The translations under genes and the position numbers were made by a program. Positions 55,501 through 64,000 of a stretch of 64,000 nucleotides of DNA are shown piece after piece. Location: the NCBI GenBank assembly GCA_965178125.1, contig OZ237749.1, forward strand, positions 1,054,001 to 1,118,000. Reading direction: 5' to 3'. Position 1 is the stretch's first letter. Each line of letters opens with the position of its first letter. Under the pieces are notes generated by a model, which ran no database searches, was not told the DNA's origin, and saw nothing but the letters and a program-made list of their open reading frames with translations. Source of the stretch: Bilabrum cf. latius (lineage: Eukaryota).

Positions 55501-57287
55501 TGTTGTGCTTCGAGGGGCGGTACGGCCTGTGTCCTACGAGCATCTGGTGCGTGGTTATGCCCAAGGCGTAGTAGTCCGCCATGTGGTCGTGCCTGTGCCC
55601 CTGCATGAAAATCTCGGGGGCCATGTACGGGCTGCGGGGAGAGAACAAGGGGGCGACCGAGCAAGCAAGCGAGAAATGGGGGCAGGATAATGTATTCGGG
55701 TATGCTACGCGGCTAATCGCCCGAGCAACGTCAGCCGCGAATCAGCATTGGGAGCGCCCTCGGCAGCATGAGCCGGCTCCAAGCAGGCAGGAACACTGGC
55801 TCCATGCCGAGGGACGGACTCGCTCCAATAGGCTTCTGGCGCGGGAATGGCGATTATGTGAGTGTGTCTTGCTCTTGGGACGGTCTATCGGCGCTCCATG
55901 CCGGGGCCCCGTCAGCACAGTCGCCTCGGCATCGAGCTGACCCACCAATGGACCTGACCGCATCTCGAGGGGAGCGGTCGCTCACGGACCGCCGAGCCGC
56001 AGCGACCGCGCCGACAAACCTTAACCAAGGATTACCGCCGGTTTGACACCTGTCTTTCCGTAGTCATACTGCCTTGTCAAGAAACCGATGCCACGGCATT
56101 GACCAGAATGCGGAATGTACTCCAGATCGCACCTCGGGCGAGCGAAGCATTGCCGGCAGGGCGGAAGTCCTCAGTCAGAACCAAACGCGAGCCAAAACAT
56201 CAAATGCAAACAATCGCTACTCCTACTAGGACCCTGTCTCACCGTGTTCCAGAGGTGTTGCGGCATTCGCCATTGTCATCCATAGCGACCGAAATCCCCA
56301 AATCCGTCACCTTTATGTACCCATCCTCGTCCAGAAGTATGTTCTCTGGCTTGACATCCCGGTGAAGTACTCGCTGCCGATGCATATAATCGAGGCAGAG
56401 CAGGATCGAAGCTGCATACTATTTGGCCTAAGCCTCCTGAAACATCCGATCCGTCGTCTACGTCAGCTGGTAGTGCAAATCTCCGCCCAGGCAAGCGTCC
56501 ATGACCAAATAAAGATACTTGTCATCCTAAAATGCGTAGTGCATGTTCACAAGCTGAGGGCAGCGAAGCCTGCGATAGGGAAGGGCACGACGCAAGCCGG
56601 CGGAATTCTTGAGGTCGGTTCTCTGTGCTACAGCTTGCGGCCACTAAGATCAGTGGGGGCACACCAGCAGCATTTATGCATATTCTTCCGATGCGCTGTC
56701 TTGCGCAGCTAACAAAACGTGCCACGCGCGCCGCACTGGCAGCTCAGTGGTGTTGGAGGTACGAGAGGCCTCTCACCGTTCCAGCAGCTGTCTTTCGTTC
56801 GACACCATCTCTACGTGTTTCCTATTTATCACAGTATGTTTCTTGATGCTCTTCATGGCGTACAGCCGGTTGGCATCCGTCCCGGTTTGCTTCCGTACGC
56901 ACGTAACCTTGCCAAATCCTCCCTGCAATGACTTGTGCTTGGTTTGCCGCAAGGTTCACGGGATGTGGGACGCGTGCGAAAATCAAACTAGTCTACTGCA
57001 AAGCTATGCAGGCCTCCGCCGTGTCTAGCGCAGCATCTACCGCTGCAGGCTGGGCAGGCTAGGCAGGCAAACCTGCAGAATTGCAAGGTAGGGCTACTCA
57101 CTTGTCCGACCACGCGTTCGATTGTGAAATGTTCCTTTGAAACATGATGCAGATCTGCGATATGTGGCAGGAAGCCGCATGAGCAGAAGAAAAGGGTCCA
57201 AGCGGCGGTGCACCCTGTGGCATCCGGCGGTGGCAGCTGAGGCAGCGACTTACCCGGCTGTAGAGCACTCGACGAACCGCAGCCCAT
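49502..57287 (-). CDS. AGC-group Ser/Thr kinase with MGCGSS acylation motif and very long disordered tail (~2229 aa with TAG=Gln)
   Basis: Exons 57287-57254, 57154-57102, 56922-56777, 56569-56243 and 55631-49502 (6690 nt, divisible by 3). Motifs [49 protein letters not shown]. The tail continues across four TAGs to TGA 49502. Confidence 0.88.
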
Positions 57288-57501
57288 CAGCTATAGTCAA
57301 AAGGTAAACCAGCACAACTCCACGAGAATTTATGAAGCTGCACTCTTTTTATAGTAGGTTGCTTTTTTGACAGAGTCTCACCCCAAGCCGTTGTGCCCGC
57401 CGGATCCGCAAAATGCACTGCACTGTGAAGATCTACCTCGACCAGTTTGGCGCAGCCTAGCTCTACTCAACTCGGTAGAACAAAATTGAAATGGACTTAT
57501 A

Positions 57502-58962
57502 ATGTTTCCATCATCCTTTCAAAGGATGGGAAGTTCCTTCTGTATCGGGATAACTCGCCGGTACGCCACGAGGCTGATGAGTACCAGGACGCTGAGCCGC
57601 GTATCTGTCGAGGCATTGTACAAATATCGCTCCAACGATGTATCCAAGTGTATGAAGCAGGCAATGGGAGACTGGTGAGCCGTTCCGTTCAGGTTCGAGT
57701 TGGGCGTTCCGTGCAACTGCGTTCTATCTCATATGTGGCTAATACTGAATCACTGGCCGTCAACACGCCGCAGGCCACTAGACACGTATGTGCCCCACCT
57801 TGACAAAGATTGGATCTTGTTCTAGATACCCACCAAATGGTACGTGGAGTCATGCGGGGGATCGCTGGCCGGTGACGAGCCGGTTCATGACAGCGTCTGG
57901 GCGTGCGCCTCTCGTCGAGGCGCCGTCGTGGTGATCAACTCGCGGCCAGCAGGGCTGCCGGCGTCAGTATCACCGTGGGAGCACCCAGTGTTTTCGCTGA
58001 CGCAGCTGCTCGACGCGGCTGGGTCGCCCTCTCTCCCGCAGGGTGCAGTGCCGGCCAGGGAAGAGCTCCCTCTGTTGGTGGGCCCCAGCTCAGGCCCCGG
58101 CCCGTCTGCTGCCACTGCTAGTGAGCCCAGGTGGTGCGAGAGACTGCCTGGTGGACTCGGCGGTGGGAATTCGCGCATGCCCGTGGAGGGCAACGGCAGC
58201 GCTGACAGTATGGGTGCTGGTGCGGGTGCAGGACATGCAGGTGCAGGTGCGGCCCCTGTGCTCCGACTGGGCTCGCTTGAGGCGGATGCGGTGCGCGTGA
58301 TCAGCTCATGCCTGGCGCAGAGCGTCAATCTGCAGTACTTCGAGGGGCGGGTGGATCGCATGTAGGGGCAGGGGACGGGGATGGGCGTTGGGCCTGGGCT
58401 GGGGGCAGGCAGCGCGGGCCTGAGCATGGGGAAGGGGCAGGGGCAGCAGGGGCAGTACGCCGAGGCAGGGGATGCGGGTGGGGACAGAGCCAGCCTGTCG
58501 GCTTCGATTCTGAGGGAGGGTGGGCTGCTGGCACGGGCGAGGAAGTGGGTGGGGGAGGCCCTCGAGGCGGGGGGCGGGGGCGGGTCGGCTGCGGTGTATC
58601 GGCAGCTGGGGGCAGCGAATGAGATCGCGAGCCACGTGCTGCTGAGTGGGCTCCGCAACACCGTGCGGCCGGGGTCTACTGCGTGGAAAGACGAGCGGTT
58701 CAGCACGCTGCAGGAGCTGCTGTGGGAGGACCAGGACCTGGAGGAGAGATACGAGGAGCTGGAGAGGAGGCTCTCCTTCGTGACCGAGGGCGCCAAGTAC
58801 GAGCTGGAGGTGGGCAAGGACGCGAAGAGCATCTTCCTGGAGAGAGTCATCGTGGCGCTCATCGCGGCCGAGCTGGTGCTCTCGTCGGTGAGCGCGGGGC
58901 TGCCCGGGCAGGCGATGGACTTCGCAAGGGGTTTGCTAGAGGGGGGCGGCGGCGGGGGCTGA
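57502..58962 (+). CDS. DUF155 / RMND1-Rmd1-like protein, probably mitochondrial (~453 aa)
   Basis: Exons 57502-57674 and 57774-58962 (intron GTGAGC..GCTAAT..CGCAG). ISSCLAQSVNLQYFE, DLEERYEELERRL, LERVIVALIAAEL. Internal TAG at 57823 and 58363. Ends TGA-TAA. Confidence 0.75.
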
Positions 58963-59060
58963 TAATGGACTTCGCAAGGGGTTTGCTAGAGGGGGGCGGC
59001 GGTGGGGGCTGATAATGGACTTCGCAAGGGGTTTGCTAGAGGGGGGCGGCGGCGGGGGCT
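58915..59060 (+). repeat. 50-bp tandem repeat (~2.9 copies) spanning the stop codon
   Basis: ATGGACTTCGCAAGGGGTTTGCTAGAGGGGGGCGGCGGCGGGGGCTGATA starts at 58915, 58965 and 59015. Confidence 0.92.
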
Positions 59061-59270
59061 TATCGGTGGGGGTTGATGCAGGTTGACTGAAGGATACGCC
59101 TTAGGAGTATACTTGCTGTGTACAATGTCTGTACCTCTGTTCAAAAAATGCACCTTCCCTCCCACTCTCCCTCCCACTCACCCGTCTGGTGGTGGCCAAC
59201 GCGCGGCCCCCTCACGAGGCTCTTCACCTAAGTTGATACCTCGTGCTGTTCACTGCTGCATTGGCGCCTT

Positions 59271-60125
59271 TCACAGGACACTCCTGCCTCCACCGCGAGC
59301 AGTCTACATCGCATAGGCTGCTGCCCCCACTGCCTCCCCAGACAGATGCGAGGCCGAGCCTACAGGCATGAAGCCGAGCACCGCGTTAGCCAAGTCAAGC
59401 AGCACCAGGCCGAGCAGGGCACGGCTGGCTGGAAGACTAAGGACGAAGGCAACCTGCACTCGTGCATTTGGTTGGGACAAAATCGAATACGCAACAGTCG
59501 AGGCAACAGCTCCCGATGCACCCAACGATTGCACGTCGTTGCCGAACCGCGCTGCGGCGGGAAGTTGTGGCCGCAGAAGCACGTCGTACGCGACAAATGC
59601 AATCGACGACAACACAGTTGCCACTGCATACATGATCGTAAATCTTTGGGTACCGAGACTTAGTATGCAAGTTGGGGCAAAACTCAGCAGCGCCGCCATA
59701 TTCATTCCAAGATGTATCAAGCTGGAATGCGAAAATGCACTCGTGACCAGCGTGTGAAGTTTTCCTTCGTTCAAAACTCCGGCAGAAGATAGCATGAAGT
59801 GATTTATCATAAACCCCTCCCGTTCTGCGGAGGCCCAAGCAAGATATACTGCAATGTTTGTACCAAGAATCGCCAGCAGCACGAGACCGCCTGATCGATC
59901 GGGCTTCCTCGGGTTCACCCTACGACGGCGACCTCGAAGCGATAATCGATAAGGACTATTCGCTTTGAACAAGCCGGACAGTCCTCTCGGCTTCGACAGC
60001 TGCAGTCGGACTGGACCTTGGTGGCAGCAATTAAAGCTTAATCTTGCTCGCGCTCCAAATAGTTTCAGTGGGGACGGGAATCGCTACCGAGAGCATAGGC
60101 TTGACAATTTACGAACTGCATTCAT
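59271..60125 (-). CDS. Rhomboid protease, PARL/Pcp1-like (~284 aa with TAG=Gln)
   Basis: TLVTSAFSH..HLGMNM, catalytic GASG and HLSG. Arg/Ser/Leu-rich presequence from ATG 60125. TAG at 60084 and 59304, TGA at 59271. Confidence 0.85.
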
Positions 60126-60335
60126 AGGAGAAACTATTCACCAATGAATGGCGGGCTAATGTGACTTTCGCTGTGTGTAGCATTCCCGCTCCGGGTACCG
60201 GTATACTTCGGAAAGTTTTGCTCGTAACGGAGGAGGTAGAGAGCCATTGCAGGAGCAGCCGGTAAATCTTGCATTTTATTTAGTTTGGAAGCGCTCCTCT
60301 GTCGTTTGAACAAATTTGGTTGCGGTTTGATGCAG

Positions 60336-61029
60336 ATCCGACCACCGAGAACGCCAACAGGTCATCTGGAACGCGGTTTTTTTCGCAGTCGAATCAGGCG
60401 CAAACGCAGGATCCAGGCTGTCAGTTGTAACGGCTGATGGCACGCGGGATACGTTCTTTGTATCCAGCGATGTATAGTTGGAACATTTGAAGGACGAGGT
60501 ATCAACGAAGCGGCCTGTCTTCGTACCTGAACTGATGAAAATCTCCGGATGGGAAGACAGAGACGACCCAATCGCGAACGGTGCCCTGGATGACCTAGAC
60601 TGGACCAAGCACAAGGTTGTTGTGGCGGTCGGGTGCAGCATCGTCTCGGCAGAGGACAAGGATGGGACGCTGAGCGTGGAGCTGAAGTCTGCCACTTCGG
60701 GTCGCGATCGCCAGTACGAGGCTCTAGTGGTGGCGACAGAAGCGAGCGAATCCGCCAGTATTGCCCCGTGGGCAGCAGCTGCTGATGCTGCCGCTGATGC
60801 CAGTAGTGCTGTTGCTGATGGTGGTGATGGTGGTGTTGACAGGGAAGAGGGTGATAGCGAGAAAGAACAAGAAGAGGACGATGATGATGACTCGAATAAT
60901 GATGGAGAGGAACAGGGGGAGGAGGAGGAGGGTGATGACTCTTGTGGGCTCTAGCCGCCATCGGAGGAAGCGAACAAGGCGATGCAAGCACTGGTCCAGC
61001 GCATGTCCAAGAGAAGGACACTCAAGTGA
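60336..61029 (+). CDS. Unknown protein, paralogue A (probable last exon, 5' end unresolved), acidic tail
   Basis: Open frame after a TGCAG acceptor at 60335, through TAG 60475 and 60952 to TGA 61027. Homologous to 61480-62064. Confidence 0.5.
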
Positions 61030-61479
61030 CTGTGAGCACCGGTGCTGCCACTACCAGAGGTTGGGTGTGGATCGATGTCTACCTCGGAGACATGAGCCGC
61101 TAGAATGGTGTAAATGCAATGCACATATACGGATGCGCTGTTGAGCGGGTTCGCCGCCGGCGATTCCGGTTCCTCGGCGGCGCGAGCCTCGAGGTTCCGT
61201 TCGCCGACGGCGTTTTGCTTGATCGCCCCGGGTCACAAGTAGTTACTCACGATGGCGGGGGTACCTGGTAAGACCATCGCATTGATTCTAAGTCACTGAT
61301 CATATTTTGAAGCTTCCGAGTGTTGGTGCAAACTCAATGGTTGCGTTGTCTGGATCTGTAACACCCGAGAACGCACTGAACTTCCCCATTCATGCTCGGT
61401 CACAAATAGCCTACAAGTACGGATCCCGCAAGCCTTTATTTAAAACGCAGAAGAAGCGAAAGCAGGGGAGGGTTCGCGA

Positions 61480-62064
61480 ATGAACGGCGTCATGAAAGAC
61501 GGCACACAGGATAGATTCTACCTGCAAGGTGCAGATGACTTGAAGGATATTAAGGCAAACGTCTCGGTCTAGAAACCGGTCTTTGTGAGAGGAGTGAAGA
61601 AAATCTCCGGATGGGAAGACAGAGACGACCCAATCGCGAACGGTGCCCTGGATGACCTAGACTGGACCAAGCACAAGGTTGTTGTGGCGGTCGGGTGCAG
61701 CATCGTCTCGGCAGAGGACAAGGATGGGACGCTGAGCGTGGAGCTGAAGTCTGCCACTTCGGGTCACGATCGCCAGTACGAGGCTCTAGTGGTGGCGACA
61801 GAGGCGAGCGAGTGCAGCTGGGAGGGCGGCGAGCGCGGGTTCGGTGGTGCTGTGATGCAGAGGCCCATCGAGCAGCGGCCGCTGGACATGGGTCCCATGA
61901 TGATCGAGCAGCGGCCGCTAGACCCAGGCCCCATGATGCTCGAGCAGCGGCCGGCAGAGCCAGGGCCCCTAATGATGGAGCAGCGGCCGGCAGACGATGC
62001 CCCATTCGAGCTCGAAGGAGAGTCCGGCCCTGTTGCCGGGGACAAAGGGGATTCGGAGCTCTGA
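61480..62064 (+). CDS. Unknown protein, paralogue B, with 12-aa EQRPxxxGPxMx repeats
   Basis: Frame from ATG 61480 through TAG 61570 to TGA 62062. 36-bp repeats at ~61870-61995. Start uncertain. Confidence 0.5.
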
Positions 62065-62153
62065 GGTGGTCGGTGGTGGTCGGTGGTTGGTGGTTGGTGG
62101 TTGGTGGTTGGTGGTTGGTGGTCGGTGGTACTAGTAGGTGGTCGGTGGTCGGT
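62065..62153 (+). repeat. (GGTGGTY)n simple repeat
   Basis: Run of GGTGGTT/GGTGGTC units between convergent gene ends. Confidence 0.9.
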
Positions 62154-62252
62154 GTATCGCAGCAATGAAGCTGCAGTGGAAGCAATTGTATAGAATTGCG
62201 CGAATCAGATAGATTTATTTGCGGACTTGATCTGCTTGCCCTTCGCTCCAGC

Positions 62253-64000
62253 TCACAGGGCTGTTTCGTGCACCACCTTGATGGAATCGATCTGCTTGCT
62301 TCGCTCCTGCTCAGCTCCCCGCAGCAGAGGCCCCTCCCGCACCACCACGAGCTACACCGCCGAGTGCCTGAGCCCCGGCAGCCTCCTCTTGACCAGCGAG
62401 TGCCAGGGGGGCCCGTCATGAGCGAGGCACCTCTGCATGTCCCGGTGCGACCGCATCGGGTCCAGGAGCAGCAGGAGAGCCTCCAGATCAGGGCCAGGGC
62501 CAGAGCCAGAACCACCGCTGGAGCCTCGGGCGCTCCGCTTCCCAGCATGCGGGGCGGGGTGCGAACAGTCGCGGATTCCAACTGGATCTGTCAGGGACCC
62601 AGTTCCAGCAGACGGGGCATGAGTAGGTGCAGATGCAGGGGCAGACGGTCGGGCTGCCGAATCCAGATCACTCGGTGGGACTGCCCCCCTTCCCGCCCAC
62701 TTGTCCAGCGTGCTGGCGCTTGGACGAGGCACACGAAGAGACTAGCCAGGGCCGGGTCCACTGCCTGCTCCATCCCGTGCCCCCGCCCCTGACCCCACGC
62801 TACCGGGTCGGATGATGCACGGCGTGTTGCTCGTCAGTCGCCGCAGGGCACGAAGCGATCCCGAGCCCTTGAGGCGGCAGCGCGCCTGCACCCCGATTGC
62901 GGTGCGGCTGTGGCCATCGTGCTGCAAGTACACCGGGAGCGTCCTCTGCTGCTGCAGAACAGGGCCGGCATGGGCAAGCCCCACTGGCACAGGCGCCTCC
63001 AGCTGGCTGGCAGGCACGCTCTCCAGCACTTCGACCTCGCTATCGCTATCGCTATCGCTGCTGCTACTAATGCTGCCCACTTGGCCTGCCTTAGAATCAT
63101 CCAATGATCCGTCTTCGGCATCACTCGTCACATCCACCACTGGCACATGAGCGCGACTGGACGTCGGACTGCCGCTGGATGCCACCCTCGGGGAACACAG
63201 ATCGATCACGACTCCCCTGCTCTCCTCGTCCGCTGGGACCTCCCCTGGCCTAGACCTACCGCTCTCTGCACCGGCCGAGGCACCATCTGTTCCCCGGACT
63301 ATTTTCTCCCCATAACCACGGTCCCTACCACTGCTGCTGCCAGTGGCATGGCACCGCCACCCGCCAAAGTACCCCCAGAGCAGGTCGAGCAAGTGCTCCA
63401 TCGGGTCCCTCGCAGGGCTCGCCCTCCCGCGAGCCATCCCCCCACCGGCCCCCTTCACCTTCATCTTCATCTTCGCTGGCCGCGCCCTTCCGAACCCTCT
63501 GAGCTGCCGTAGCCCCTCCTTCCAGTCCACCAGCTCAGCGCCTGCCTTCCTCGCGCCTGCGATGCTGTACCCCCCACTCGCACTGGCACCGGGTGAGGAA
63601 GAGGAGGAGGAGGACGAGGAGGAGGAGGACGAAGAGGCTGAAGGTTCGGCTGCATGCACGTCCACCACCACCGCGTCGATCCTAAAGGACCGCAAGAGTG
63701 CTGCTACATCAGTAGCCCCGATCCATGCGGCGTGGCCCCGCTTGCCCCGCAAAGAGCCGCCGAAGTGCGAGGCGCCCTCTTTATCGTAGCCGAGCGACCA
63801 GGCTCGCTCAATCCAGCCCTGCAAGCCGAGCAAAGTTGGTACCCTGCCACTTCCATCAAAAAGGGTATTGCGGTACATAGGTTCTTGCATCATAGCAGAG
63901 CAGATGATCTGTACGTTTCTGTACCCGCAGGCCCACGCAGCTGACGATGCGTCGGACCTTTGAGTAAAGTGGCTGGTGCAAGGCTTTGCCAGCACGAAGG
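62253..64000 (-). CDS. Peptidase C78 family, ZUP1/Mug105-like deubiquitinase (5' end outside window)
   Basis: WACGYRNVQ (catalytic Cys), IERAWSLGYD, WIGATDV, YLQHDGHSRT. The LLLLDP motif is reached only by reading through TAG 62742. A further TAG lies at 62352 and the frame ends at TGA 62253. Confidence 0.82.

Noticed and set aside
58915-59060. CRISPR-like array
   Set aside because: The units are head-to-tail with no unique spacers, the context is eukaryotic and there are no cas genes.
62065-62153. Telomeric repeat
   Set aside because: It is short, internal and irregular (GGTGGTY), and lies between two convergent genes; treated as a simple repeat.

Overview
GC-rich, gene-dense eukaryotic (protist, probably stramenopile-like) nuclear DNA with GT-AG introns. 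The main result is that this genome appears to read TAG as glutamine while TGA, and probably TAA, remain stops. The fragmented ORF track collapses into continuous single-frame genes interrupted only by TAG. TAG falls on conserved Gln positions (B-lectin QxDxNxVxY, AGC-kinase YAFQD, HECT TCFFQ, ACBP) and swaps with CAG between paralogues. Under this code the window contains two tandem ~2,680-aa secreted B-lectin proteins with three internal repeats, 3' pseudofragments of a HECT gene, and a 2.17-kb hAT-type element with TIRs, an 8-bp TSD and an empty site. It also contains an intronless ~4,500-aa HECT E3 ligase, a Trf4/PAPD5-type polymerase, an ACBP protein, a putative Ig-fold DNA-binding protein and a head-to-head beta-tubulin pair. 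The last ~15 kb holds an AGC kinase, a DUF155/RMND1-like gene, a rhomboid protease, two unknown paralogues and a ZUP1-like C78 peptidase. All coordinates and counts were read by eye; no database search was run.
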